A stretch of 64,000 bases of DNA, from assembly GCF_052425735.1 (NCBI RefSeq), contig NC_135761.1:31930001-31994000 (forward strand), read 5' to 3'. Shown here piece after piece: positions 38,048-51,949 of the stretch. Below the pieces are notes generated by a model. The model was not told the origin of the DNA and did no database searches. It saw nothing but the letters and a program-made list of their open reading frames with translations. Numbering within the stretch: the stretch's first letter is position 1; every line of letters begins with the position of its first letter. The translations under genes and the position numbers were made by a program. The stretch comes from Oculina patagonica (Eukaryota).

Positions 38048-40560
38048 AAAGAACACTTGTGAAGTTGCTACACATTTCAACAAAACTGCTCATGTTCTCT
38101 CTAATTTTCAACCTTAGTGACAATAATAGCCTTGATGAATGCCTGCTAACAGGAGAAGCCTATTCGAGTGCACAACATTGCAACCTTCAGCCATATAGTT
38201 TGAACAAAAGTTCAGAATTCAATTCAAGGAATAGAAAACATGCAATAATTTAACAAAGGATATTGCCTTTATTTTTATTTTCTTTTATTCTCTTCACAGG
38301 TGACATTAGTATGTAATAATATTACTAACAATCCATTCATACTACCGGTACTCATGAGCTTAAACAGGGATTTTTTACAACAGAAATTTTGTTGCCAAGA
38401 ACACTCCTTCCAAAAAGGAAATATATCTCCTTCGTTAAGAGCATAGCCCTTAACCCAATAACTTGCAGGCAGGACCCTTATTTAGACATTTTGTTAAATT
38501 GTATTAAAATCACTCTTTCTGGATCCTGTTTACCTAGTACCTAGTTTATTGTTTATAATTTTCCTTTTTGTTTTGTATATTTTTTATAAACAATTATTTT
38601 TATCCCAAGTATTTTTAATTTTTAAACGTCAACCTTGTTACTGAAGAAGCCCTAAGGGGCAAAGCATATCAGATTTAACCTCTTGGAGTGACATGTGAGA
38701 AGTATGCTGTTTCTCTTATTACTTAACCTGAAAATATATATTTTTTGTTGAAACATTGTACCGGAAATTCTTTTGTGGAAGTACATGCAAAGCTTTTTTA
38801 AATACGAGGACATAATGCAATTGTCAGGCAAAAAGTGTTTTAACGCATGTGGACTGCCATGACACAGCCTTCTGAATGAAATTCTAATCTGATAAATAAC
38901 TAACTCTTTTGTTTTCAGTCCTGTAGAAGAACAATGAAAACAGATGACATTCTGACAAAAATTCCCCTATTGACAGTTAATCTTTCTAAACTAGAGAAAA
39001 ACTCTCCAAAAAGAAAGCAATGAGGTAACTTCCACATTGTTATGGATTAAAGTGGTAGGCTGGTAGTAAATTATGGGAAGAAAATTGAGGTGTTCCCTTT
39101 AATGGGGTCCTGTACAGCTTTCACTGTAAACAATCACTCTTAAAGAAACCTACCTTGCAAATCGTGAACAGCAAGAAAAACTAATTGTCCTTTGTCAGGG
39201 TATTGAACTCTGCTGGAATAAATGATTGAATTTCACTGGCTATGATCCCCCCAAGATGTTATTGTAAATGTCTTGCAGTTGAGGTATGATGGCACTAATA
39301 GTATGTGTTACAAAATACTTGTTCAAGCATTTGGCAGTAACTCATTTAAGCAATCTAAATTAAATCGTTTTGTTCATTTTTGTGTCTACAATCATTATTC
39401 AGCTATTACTTTAAAACGAACCACTTGTGTTTAGCAGTCACCTGCATTAGGCAGACGTTGATCAGGCAATTTATCATGCGAAACAATTACAACATTGACA
39501 CTGTTATATGTCTGCTTTGAAGTTCATATTTTCCTGGGTAATTGTATCTGTGATTCAATCGGTTAGGGACTGCAAGTTGCAAAATAAATAACAATAAAGC
39601 AGGAAAAGCATACAGGTTAAAAAATTAGCTGACAGATCAATTTTTTGCTGGTTGACAGTGAGTAAATATTTGCCAAAAGAATCAGCTTCTGATCAAGGGG
39701 ACAAAAAGCACAACTTTTGTTCCAGGGTTTTTTTTATGCCAGGGGTCATTTTAGGCAAGCATCAAGCTGGTATAGGTCCAGTGAATGAGATGCAAATTAT
39801 GCAACATAGCCTGCTTTTTTGCAAGATCTTTTCCAGCAAGATTTGCTTCAACGAGATGGCTATAATTCACACACTCTAAAAAAGAACACTTGTGAAGTTG
39901 CTACACATTTCAACAAAACTACTCATGTTCTCTCTAATTTTCAACCTTAGTGACAATAATAGCCTTGATGAACGCTTGCTAACAAGAGAAGCCTATTTTA
40001 GTGCACAACATTGCAACCTTCAGCCATATGGTTTGAACAAAAGATCAGAATTCAATTCAAGGAATATAAAACATACAATAATTTAACAAAAGATAATGCC
40101 TTTATTTTTATTTTCTTTTATTCTATTCACAGGTGACATTATTATGCAATATTATTATTAAAATTATTTAACAACAGAAATTTTGTTGCAGAGAACACTC
40201 CTTCCAAAAAGGAAATATAGCTCCTTCCTTACAGCAAGGCGCCCAAAAGTGTGACCACCTTTAATTAATTCACATTCTTTCGTGCGACCATCATCCAATC
40301 AGAAGCCAAGGACAGGTTCCAGTTGACTTCTGATTGGATTAAATCTGTGCGGAAGAATGTAAATAAATTAAAAGTGGACACACTTTTGGGCGCCTTGCTG
40401 TAAGAGTATAGTCCTTAACCCAAGAACTTGCAGGCAGGAGCCTTATTTAGGAATTTTGTTAAATTTTATTGAAAGGCACTCTTTCTGGATCCTGTTTACC
40501 TAGTACTTTGTGTGCTAGAAAACGCCTTATTTTTATTGTTTGAATTTTCCTTTTTGTTTT
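38048..40560. repeat. Dispersed duplication: about 38048-38590 vs 39880-40620
   Basis: Near-identical 64-aa ORFs at 38059 and 39892 and shared downstream DNA. Confidence 0.85.
40232..40400. mobile_element. 169-bp TcMar-type MITE with TA TSD
   Basis: TIRs cagcaaggcgcccaaaagtgtg / cacacttttgggcgccttgctg; empty site present in the paralog at about 38428-38445. Confidence 0.9.
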
Positions 40561-43049
40561 TTATATTTTTTATATACAAATCCTAGTTGGAAATAATTTT
40601 TTTTATCCCAAGTACTTTTAAGACACAGGTTGATTTCTCCTTCAGAAAAATAGAAAGTGAGACAGCTGCCATAACTACTACAAAAGATGTGGCAGAAATG
40701 AAAGTAAACCAACTTGTTACCATATGTGGCCTTCTGCTGTTTGGAGAAAAGAAACGAAAAGAGAAAGAAACCAGAACAGGTGATGAATTTCAATCTGTAA
40801 TTTGGGTTGTTAACTGCTGAGTTTTCTTGGATTAAAGGATGACCATTTTGCCAAAATTCAGCCCCTGGTTCAATGAAGTAATTTTGCCAGTATACAAGAG
40901 ATTGATCATGGAGGAGCTACGCCAGATTTCCCCTGTAGTCTCAGTCGCCCCAGTATTCGCTCTCCCATAACTACAGAGAGCCTAGGTCTTACACAAGCCC
41001 AGGCAGCCTCCAGATCTTCCCAAAGCTGTTGGACAGCTCCTTAAACCAGTGATAAATTGGCTGGCAAAGAACCCATGTTTAACCTAATACTGCAGATTTT
41101 GGAGAAGGGTGTAGAGAAACCTGGAATGGTGAGCATCTCACCTTTATACTGCTGGATGTGATAATGTGATCATCAGAGATACTAGTGGTAACAAGGATGT
41201 CAATAATGGGTGGAAGATAGCTCTTCAAGTCATGGCTTACATTAACCTTGTAGTGATAACTGTACTTTCTAGTCTTGGTCATGAGGTGAGAACTGTCATA
41301 AGAACTGTTCAGAATTGTGAACCGGTTGCTCAGGTTTTCCCGAGTCCTTTTGTCAGAGGATGAAGGTATCCACTATGTCTGCTTGGACGCTGATAATAGA
41401 GCCACCAAGAAAGTGATGAAAAAACAGACTCCTATAAAAGAAAACATAAACAAATTTGAAGATTGCAAAGAAAATGAACATAAACAAAACGATTATGAAA
41501 ATGGAATTGAAGATGATTTAGTGCTTTGTTAGGATCTACAAAACATCACAAACTCTAAAAAACGCAGTGAACAACAAGAAAAACAACAAGAAGAAAAAAA
41601 GAACAAAAAGTAGAACAACATGAAGAACGACAACAAGAAACAGAAGTTGCTGAGGAGGTTTAACTGGAATTGGCTCCAGAGGAGATCCTCCATCCTCTCC
41701 ATGCAGGACATAATCAAACAATTGTTGATAGATATAATGCCCTAAGCCACGCCACACATCGACCAAATTCAACGATACTTAAGAAGGATACAAAAGATAA
41801 GCGCTAACAGAGACATGCACCCCAGTCTCCACAGCATGAGACAGATTCTCAAAACAGTATGGAAAAGGTAGCAGACTTGTGTTAGCATTAAAAAAACAGT
41901 CCCCAGTAGATAAATGACCTATGGTTTCATCTAATTTATTTCTTTGCCAACAGGGTTTGTACCTTCTCTTACAGTGGCATCACTACCTTAATACCTCCCT
42001 GCTGCATTAACTTCTGTCTCCACAAAGTGGAAACAATCATATAACCAGATTAACAAGCAGTACTTGCTTCTTAGCATGCAGTTGTTGCTGCTGTTGTTTG
42101 TCTATCGTCATGGCTCTCAAAATTTCATTTAGGTGTGCTCCCGGTGCATTCCGGACACACATAGAAGGCCATTGTGGCTTCTCTCGATTCCAACAGGCTT
42201 TCCTGACACTGGAGAAGAGTTTGCTACAGTTACAGCTGCATTGCTGCCTTGAATAGACTCCAACAGATTCACCAACTTTACCAGTGAAACCAGACATATC
42301 TTTCTTGGCATTCTTGAGATACCTCCTTGCATCTCACAGCAATTTCCTTTCCCTTTAGAACCATCCCTTTTGAGTTTTTCTTCGTTAACAAACCATAAAT
42401 ATTCTCTAGGTTCCCCAGCACTTTAACTGTAATTTCAGCCATCAAAGAAGTGACTAAAAATATCATGGCATAGCTTTAGGCATAGGCTTTAGGTACATGT
42501 AACTGCGACTTTAACTGAGATAAGACCTGATCACCACGTGTGCATTACAAAACATGAGTCCTTGATGATTATTTGCAGGTTGCAACAATCAATGCCACAA
42601 CATCTTTGCTACATCTTTCAAAGAATGAAAATTTTGTCAATTCGAGCTTTACCATCTGCGTAACATTAATTGGATGGAATGACCAGCCTGTAGTAAGCAT
42701 CGACATTCTGTCCATATTGATGGTAACATGAAGCTCTACAGATTTAAATCTGCTGGGGTGTAAGTTATTGTTATTTTTCTTAACGACTTTATTTTTATAT
42801 ATATTTTCAATATTCCTTACACATTATCTTTTTTAACCTTTCACAGCTGCATTTTTGCATTGCTTTATTGGTCATGCAATTAAATTCAGAAGTTAATTTT
42901 TTTTTGTATAAATATCATCAAATGAGTTATATGATATTTTATGTATACTTTTTCACAACCCCATTATTTAGAAGAAAAATAGACTGTTATCACAAAGAAA
43001 CTTTTCTGGCTCCAAATGATGACGAAAGGTTTGAAAGATACCAAAAGGT

Positions 43050-43141
43050 GTGGGTGTTGTTGTGTGTCCTTGTGCACAAACAAGTCAAACAATTCTTCTG
43101 ACGTGACGTTTTACAGAGTTCCAAGAATACCAGGGAAGTGA
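43050..43141 (+). pseudogene. THAP-domain N-terminal remnant
   Basis: CCVSLCTN...DVTFYRVP followed by a stop. Confidence 0.4.
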
Positions 43142-44008
43142 AACATCGGACAGTGTTAAGCACACGTAAACAAACCTGCATGCGAAATTTGGAGCTGTTT
43201 TGATGATGTTCAATTTAGCCAGAAATTCAAGCGGCCTTTTTTCTGTACGCGCCTTCAATTGTTTTAGTAGGAGCATACAGCGAATGAGAGAACGCAAGTA
43301 GATTTTTACTAACAGCAGATATTGTTAGCCATATTTGTGATCAATCTTAAGTCTATAATCACCTTTAATATTTTAAGTGACAGTTTGTTAAATCCCCTAA
43401 GTCATGAATTAGTGACTGGATTTAAAAAGCAAGAAGAAGAACCACTGCCCCCAGACCTGAAAGCCCTAAGTAAAAAAAGGGCAGGCCTGATGTCCAACGA
43501 AGACCTTCGAGACCTCTTGGTCTTAAATGACACCATCAGTTTTATAGTGAAAGGTAATCTTATATTGTGAATATTGAAATTATCACAAATAATGGCGTAA
43601 AAGGGAGGATCACAGCTGCGCTATCAGCAAGACAGGTCATCATACCTTGTGTGACAAGAGCCTAACATGTCAACCCAGTGCTAAATGTGCATTGGATCAG
43701 TCCAGATTGCGCATCACATTAGCCTACACTACTATCTAAAGCCTCATGTTGGGATTTTGTAATGGTTTGAAATATTGACATCACTGTAATATTCCGGGAC
43801 TGGGCATGACCGCGTCGGAGTAAGATGTGCCCACCAAAGCTCCGCATGCCTTTGCGAGTTTATTGATGTTTTTTGGTCGTATTTTATGGAATCTCAAAAA
43901 AGGAAGGAGAGAGTAACCAGCAACTCAAGCATAGAAAGCAGAGATAGTGAGACGTCATCTCCGGTGGATAAAAAGAAGAGAAGTGAGTTTGGCGAAGACA
44001 AAGACGTA

Positions 44009-47000
44009 TAGTCCAAGCATTTTAGCGAATAAAAGTGGTCAACCTATCACTAATTGCAACAGAAAGTTTCTCTACGGTTTTATAACCAGAAATATATCCT
44101 CTACAATATATCAAAAGTCTAGAACAATCTAAGGAGAACAAGGGGAGAAAAATATATTATTTATATGGATACCCTGATGCTGAACATGAAAACGAGGCTA
44201 TATAAACAGTTATCTTTTACAGGCTGTTACATAAATCAGAACGTTAGGAAAACCTTGTAATTATCTTTATTGATTGAAAACTATTGTCTTAACATTTTGA
44301 GACCGTTTAAAAATAATAACCGCAGACCAGTAGTTACTGCAGGCTCAATTCAATATGGCCGCCTCCACGTGGGATTTGCTGTGTACAGGTGAGTCCTTTT
44401 ATTACTTGTTTTGACTTGCTTTTCAATGTTTTAAATATTGATTGGTGATTTGAATAGAATGTTAAGCACAATAAAACACACATTTGCAAATTAAATAACT
44501 TTTTCGCAGAGAAAATTAGAATTATATTTTCACTACAGTGTATGTAAGTTCGTAAGCTTGTTAGCAGTTTAAATACAACAATTTTCTGCACTTATAATGA
44601 TATAAATTGTAAGCATCATGTGAATTTGAATCGTTTATTCTTCTAATTCATGAAATGTGATGACTATTGGCCAGGACAAGCTGTATAATAGCCCTATTTC
44701 GCAGTTAACTTATCATATTAAGATAACAATAGAGACAATGTAGGCACTTCAGTTCGGGCTCAAGCCACAAAACACCATATTTTTTCCTGAGTTCGTGAAA
44801 CTATTTTAGTATAAAAATGGTTTTAAAATGTACAAGAACTACAATTATTTTAGTTTACATTGTTTATATGCTGTGCAAGATTGTAATTGCAACAATAATT
44901 TGGTTATAACAGGTATTTTAAACTTATAAATGTACAAAAGAAGTGATTGAAGTGAAGTATTTTGGTGACCTATAAGTATATTTTTTACTTAAAAACGTAG
45001 GTAAATTTAATAAAGCAAATTTATGACGGCAAGAACAGACTCGGATTTCAAATTCAGTGTTGTAACTAGACTTGCTGAAGCTTTATTAGTTCAATCAATC
45101 TTGGAATATTTATGATTTCAGATAATCTTAAACACAATCTGTGATGGATGGAAAAGCCAATTGCATAATCTGTAAAGAGCCACTCGACCAAGGGCCTGAC
45201 TCCGCTATAGTTACGCTAGGAGAGAAAGGCAGTGCAAGTGTTAACAGAGCAAGTTTAGAGCGTAATGATAGTACTATCTGCACCGTACCTGGGCAACAAG
45301 TTCACCAATATTGCCGCAAAATCCATTGCAACCCTAACAAAATAGCCCAAGCTAAAAGAGAGGCCGCCCAAACCCCAGACACGAGTATTTCCCACTCCAA
45401 ACGCCGTTCAGCGGAAAAGAGCTTCAGTTTCAGCAGTGATTGCTTTTTTTGTGGAACGCCTGTCAATGTTGGGGAGCAAGGGAATAAAAAAGAGGTATTT
45501 AATGTAACAACCCTAGACATTAAGGATACTATATTGGCGACATGTTGTGAAAGACAAGATGCATGGAGTGACATTGTACAGGCCAGAATTATGCATGTAC
45601 ATGATTTACCTTCCGCTGATGCAGTGTATCATCAGACATGTAGTGTCAATTTCCGCACAGGGAAGCAAATTCCAAAGAAGTTTGTGACTGATGAACCTAC
45701 GCACAAGAAGAAAAAAGTTGGCCGTCCGCAAGATGAGGAAAGAACGGATGCGTTCCTGCGAGTAGCAAGGTTTCTTCAAGAAAATGACGATGAGCAGATT
45801 AGTGTGAGTGACCTTATTGACTTAATGAATGATTTTATGGCGGACTCGGAAAGCACAGCGTATGGCCATACACACATGAAGGCAAAGATCAAGGAGCACT
45901 TTGGTGATCAAATAATAATCACTGAATTAAATGGAAGGGCTAATGTAGTCACGTTCAGGAGCACAGCAGAGACTGTTCTTCAAGAATTTCATGCTCATCA
46001 AAAGGATCATCCTGAACAGGAAAAACAATACATCATAGAAACTGCTGCCAAGCTCATTAAGAATGACATCAAGTTAGTAGACACTTCAAATGAGCACTAT
46101 CCCACCGTAAATGAAATTGAAACTGAAGAGAAATGCCTCAACTTCCTTCCTGCCTCTCTCAAGCTTTTTTTAGAAGGGATCCTGGCAGGAAAAGATGTCG
46201 GCCTTAAATTGGCATCTATTGGACAAGCCATGATGCAAGCAGCCCGCCCTCGAGTTCTACTTGCACCACTTCAGGTTGGAGTGGCTGTACAGCTTCATCA
46301 TCATTTTGCATCACGTTTCCTTGTTGACTCCCTCCACCGCCATGGATTTTGTTGTTCATATCAAGAAGTGCAGAAGTTTGGACAAAATGCAGCTGTAAAT
46401 CAAGGAACTGATATTCCCAGCCATACTTCCGAGTTTGTTCAATATGTTGCAGATAATGTTGATCACAACATAAGAACCTTGGACGGCAACGATACGTTCC
46501 ATGGCATGGGGATCATAGCCGCTGCTACCCCTGGAACAACGCAGAGCCAACTTGTTCCAAGGAGACGAGTTAATGCAGAAGATATTTCCACAGCAGGATG
46601 CATCCAAATACAGCACCAGGGCTTAGCAAGCCAGAAAATAGAGATCAAGTACAATGACATAGTCATCCAGAAAGCCCGCGATCCAACAGCCAATCTTGAT
46701 ATTCTATGGAAGACGTCACTCTTATTTGGTTTCTCTAGACCAGCTTGGTCTGGTATGATGCAGTTTGTTCATCGTGGTAACCACCCAGGTCAGTCCTCTG
46801 TGACATTCCTCCCAATGATTGACATGAGTTCAAGTGACCCTACTTGCATCTTCTCCACATTGAAGTTTGTAACTGAACATGCACGCAAGCATAACGTAAC
46901 ACCAATTATTACTTTTGATCAACCACTGTGGTGGAAGGCTTTGACAATCATTATGTCTGAACCTCTGGGAAGTGACCTTCGTGAAATAGTCCTGCGTCTT

Positions 47001-50000
47001 GGTGGATTCCATACTGAGATGAGTTTTCTCGGCTGCATTGGCAATCTCATGGCAGGATCTGGATTAAAAGAGCTTTTAGAGATGATTTATGCACCAAACG
47101 CAGTGGAGCACATCTTTACTGGTAAAGCTATCGCTCGAGCAGTGCGTGCACATCTTCTTGTAGATGCAGCTCTTAACACACTCTTGCTATCCAAAGCTCT
47201 TACAGTTCCCATTCCAGGAATGCAAGATACACCAAATGAGTCAGCGGCAGCTGAAGATGAAGATGAAGATGAAGATGTTGCATCAAACACGCCATCTACT
47301 GCAGATCCCAGACCTTCAGGAAGCTCGTGCCCTGTATGATGAGTTAATGAACAAAAAAAAGTCAGCAGAAGAAATCAGTGCAGCTGATGTTCTAGACAGG
47401 ATAAAAGGCCATCTCCAACATCAGAGGGATTTCATGAAGGACGACCGCACAGCATCGCTCTGGCTGCAGTATATGGATATGGTAGACATCCTTCGCATGT
47501 TCATAAAGGCTGAGCGAACCGGTAATTGGAGACTCCATCTACAAGCTTTGTCAGAGATGCTTCCCTATCTGGCTGCCTCAGGGCACAATCTGTATGCTAA
47601 AAGTGCCAGATTGTACTTGCAATCAATGAACAGCCTTGAGAGTGAACATCCAGATGTATACAGGAAATTTGAAGCTGGGTTCCATGTAGTTAGAAGAAGC
47701 AACCGCATGTGGGCAGGACTCTCGACAGATCTTGTGATTGAGCAAGTGCTAATGAGAAGCGTTAAGACAAGTGGTGGTCTTACAAGAGGACGTGGGATGA
47801 CGGAAAGACAGCGACTAACTTGGTTGCTCTCCATGCCTGCCTGTGCTGAGATGAATCGTGTCATGTTGGACCTCACAGGTGTAAGTTACAGCACAGGAGA
47901 ACAGAACAAGGATATGACCAAGTCTAGGCAAGCCCGCGACATGAAGGACACCCAGAGTTTGCTCTTTTCTCTAGCAGAAAGAAACCCTTTCACACCTCAT
48001 CAAGATCTGATGAACATCATGAATGGCGTCCATGCTGACAGTTCCGTGAATGTGGAAAATGCTAAGGAGATTGGACAGACCATCTTAGAATCCATGACAG
48101 GAAAATCAGCTGTGGAATTCAAGTTTAAAAGAAGTAATCAGGTCATCACACTTAGCACAAAGTCATCTGTTAAAATTGATGGAGAGAAGATCCAGGTGGA
48201 TCCGCAGCTGTTGTTTCAGCGTCTAATAATTGCCAGTAAATCACTGGATGACATGGAAGCCATGTTCCAGCATGAGCTATGCAGCTATCCAACAGCTCTG
48301 TTTGATTCCTCGTTCATGCTGCTTCAGCCACAAAAGCCAGTACTAGCAGATGCTATCTGGGCCAAGCTTCCTTCCGATCCTGCTGGGCCAACCGGTGAAG
48401 TCCAATATGTGTTGGATGGTGGTGCGCTTCTTCATCGCATCCCGTGGCCACGCGGATTCCCTACATATAGGGACATCTGTGATTTGTACTGCAACTACGT
48501 GATTTGGAAGTATGGTGCGGCAATTGTTGTCTTTGATGGTTACACTAGCAGTTCCACAAAGGATATGACACAGCAGAGGCGAGCAGGAGGGAAAACAGGG
48601 ACAACCGTCACATTTTCTGATGATATGAAAGTTACCATGAAGAAAGATCAGTTCCTGTCAAATTCAAGCAACAAGCAATCCTTCATCAATATGCTGAGCA
48701 GCTATCTGCAGAAGAGAAATTGCCAAACACATCACTCCCAAGCAGATGCTGATCTCCTCATAGTACAGACATCTGTGGAAAGCGCAAGAAGGATAAACAC
48801 CGTGCTTGTCGGGGATGACACCGATCTTCTTATCCTATTGTGCTATCACACGGAATTGGATGCATTTGAGTTATTCTTTCAGCCGGAGCCAAAGGCCAAT
48901 TCGATAAAACGGCGGGTCTGGAACATGAAAGTGGTGAAGGAGACGCTTGGTGAAGAGGTATGCAGCAACATGTTGTTCATCCATGCAATCCTTGGATCTG
49001 ATACCACTTCTCGCCTCTATGGTATTGGTAAGGGCGTCTCACTGAAGAAGTTCTTCGCCAGCCAGCATTTTCGAGATCAAGCACAAGTGTTCAACAACAC
49101 ATCTGCCTCCAAGAAGGATGTTGTCGCAGCGGGTGAAAAGGCACTGGTTTGTGTTTACAATGGCAAGTCTGACGAAGGACTGGATTCTCTTCGATACCGA
49201 CGGTACTGCGAAAAGGTAGCCACCAACACTTCGCAAGTTCAGCCACAGAGCTTACCTCCTACATCAGCAGCAGCGAGATATCACAGCCTACGTGTGTACA
49301 TTCAAGTCCAACAGTGGAAGGGGGTTGGAGAAACCATGTCAGCAGAAGAATGGGGATGGAAGGTCAGTGAAAGATTACTTCTTCCTATCATGACACACTT
49401 ACCTCCAGCACCTCAAGCCCTCCTTCAAATTGTGAGATGCAACTGCTCCACAGACTGCAGCAGCCTTAGATGTACCTGCAGAAAACACAACCTAGAGTGT
49501 TCAGCTGCTTGTGGTCAGTGTAGAGGCTCAGGTTGCACCAACTCTGTCCAGCCGGATGACTGTGAAAGTGAAGTTGATGACGATGATGATGATGTTTGAT
49601 TCATGCATCCTTCCCAATTGACACTGTCTGCTAAGGTGTCTAGATTATAGCTTTACTTTATTTCAATTAAGCCGGTGATGTTTCCATCAATGAAAAGTAA
49701 ATGAGGAAAGTTGTTTTGTATTTAGTCTTGTTGTCATGCTGATTTTTAAAGGCTTATTTGTAAAATTAGAAAAGTACTAGGCAAAAGGATTATAATTCGT
49801 GATTCATTTGTCCTACCCAGTTGAATTAGAACTTGTGAGGATGTCTGGATCATTATCTTTCTTGTTTGAATGACATTAGTAAATTTGCGATAAAAGAAAT
49901 ACATCTAAGAGTAGGTTATTGTATGTAGCCTTGTTCTCATGCTGTACCAATAGCGGTATGATGTATAAGTAAAAAATTAAGTCACTTCCCCTTCGTAGAT

Positions 50001-50109
50001 TTTTCTAGACTTTTGATATGTTGATCGGGACACTTTTCTGAGATGGATAGTGAAGAAATAAATTCTGTTGCAATTTGTGATGGGTCTTATCAATATATTG
50101 ACTGGACTA
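44009..50109 (+). mobile_element. Academ DNA transposon (XPG-type, AcademX), 6101 bp
   Basis: Termini TAGTCCA...TGGACTA, 3-bp TSD GTA (44006-44008 and 50110-50112), imperfect inverted ends of about 120 bp. Confidence 0.9.
45144..49599 (+). CDS. Academ transposase with XPG/FEN1-like nuclease and C-terminal CXC domain (about 1484 aa, one frameshift near 47307)
   Basis: DNVDH..TLDG..TFHGMG, TFDQPL, LGGFH, DLVIEQ; XPG-like LDGGALL, VFDGY, DDTD, GSDTTS; CNC..C..RCTCRK..C..C..C..CTN. Confidence 0.88.
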
Positions 50110-51949
50110 GTAGGCGAAGCTCTAAACATGTCGGTCAGTGAGAATATACAGCACATTTTGGAAAGGCTGGGTAAACTGGACACGCTTGAGACCCTTTTAA
50201 CGAAATCTTTGGCGAAGCTTGAAAAGCTAGAGTCTCGCGTAAATGAATTGGACCTTAAAGTCGGAACATTAGAAGTTAAATGCCGCAGCCATGATAAATC
50301 ACTCGGAGAGGTGAAAGCAAGCGCGGAATTCATTAATCAGCAATTCGAACAAAACAAGAGCTTATTTAACGCCAAAACCTTAGAAGATTTCAAGAAGCAA
50401 GAGTCAAAAGTTCACCAACTCAGCAAAGAGCTGCTGTATTTGGAGGCGTACTCGAGAAGAGAAAATCTAATTATCACGGGTGTGCCAGAAGTTCAAGACG
50501 CTACCGAAGACACCCTCCAAGTGTTACAAGATTTCATGGCGAACGAATTATATGTCACCGATACAGCTAACATCGATTTCCAGCGAGTTCATCGCCTGGG
50601 CAAGCCGAGAAATAAAGGTCCGAGAGCCATCATCGCGCGTTTTCTCAAATACCCGGACAAAGAACGAATTCTTTCGCTGGGAAAGCACCTGCGTGATAAC
50701 GATTTCTCCATGTTCAATGATTACCCTGAAGAAATCCAAACATCTCGGAAACGACAACTTAAGAAGCTCAAGGACGCAAAAAAGGATGGAAAAAGGGCTT
50801 CCTTCAGCAAAAGCAGGCCTGACATGTTATACATCGATGAGATGTTTGTCCCTGAATAAACTGGAACTGAACTGAACATTATCTCAGGCTGTAAGCCTAA
50901 ATGGTTCCGTAGAACCATCTTCAAACTTGCTAATTGTAGCCATAAGAGTTTAACATCTTCATATCGACCACTTAGTATTCTTTATGAGGCTGCAGAGGCT
51001 TTATATGTACGGTGTATCTTTCCTTTTCTGCTTCCGAAAGATCACACAAGAGGTAAGCTTTGGCTTTTTTCGCTTATTTATTTATTTTTCGCTCGTTATT
51101 TACCATCCAGAAAATGTTTCTAAGTTTAAATTTAATTTACATATGCAGCAATATGGAGAATCAAAGTGAAACCAGAGTGATTGTTTGCCGTTAAATCGCT
51201 TAGCTGTTTATCTGTCGTTCATTTTTCATATGAAAACAGTCTTCAATGATAGAAAAAGAATTACACATTTAACATTAGTGGTACATGTACTTGACAACTC
51301 TGAGAGAGAAAAAAAATTGGGTTTACATGCCCTTTAAGCGGTAACTTATCTCCCCAGAGTTATTCCACATATACTTTTAAAGAATACAATGACCATTCAA
51401 TAATGGCGTTAAAGGGAGAATCACAACTGTGCTATCAGCAAGACAGGTCAACATACCTTGTGTGACAAGAGCCTGACATGTCAACCCAGTGCTAAAGGAA
51501 GGAGAGAGTAACCAGCAACTCAAGCATAGAAAGCAGAGATAGTGAGACGTCATCTCCGGTGGATAAAAAGAAGAGAATAATGTAATGGTTTGAAATATTG
51601 ACATCACTGTAATAACCTTGCTTCACTGTTTTGAAATGCAAGAAAAATCACTAGTTAGATTATTTAATGGTGGCCCAAATCATTCGAGAAATTGGGCCAC
51701 TGCAGCAAGCCAATATTCCTGTCGGCTTAAAACCATGAGTGTATTAGTATGAGGTCACAAAACGATTTCTTGAGGAAGAGGCTCCTAACGAAGCACTTGT
51801 GAAGGGGGTGTACAACTGTCGGGGATGAAAGAGTTACATTGAAACATGAACTTTACGTGACAATGAAATATGAACTATTCGGACATTGAACTATTGTGTA
51901 ATGTATTGTACATGTATTGTGATCGAGAGACGCGAAATAACCAGAATGG

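Larger units (their letters stand above)
43886..50859 (+). pseudogene. Second L1-type ORF1, split by the Academ insertion (43886-44008 plus 50113-50859)
   Basis: Removing 44009-50112 restores the open frame MESQKRK...EDKDV|GEALNM...[28 protein letters not shown]. Confidence 0.88.

Noticed and set aside
41300-42720. Minus-strand transposase remnant
   Set aside because: Only a weak piggyBac-like GLGHYIY trace; too decayed to support a call
47164-47339. Programmed frameshift or a two-gene Academ
   Set aside because: A single extra C in a short C run explains the overlap; no slippery heptamer seen; Academ is normally one ORF
50068-50112. N-terminus of the 263-aa ORF in the track
   Set aside because: It is read-through from the Academ right end; the real ORF1 start is at 43886
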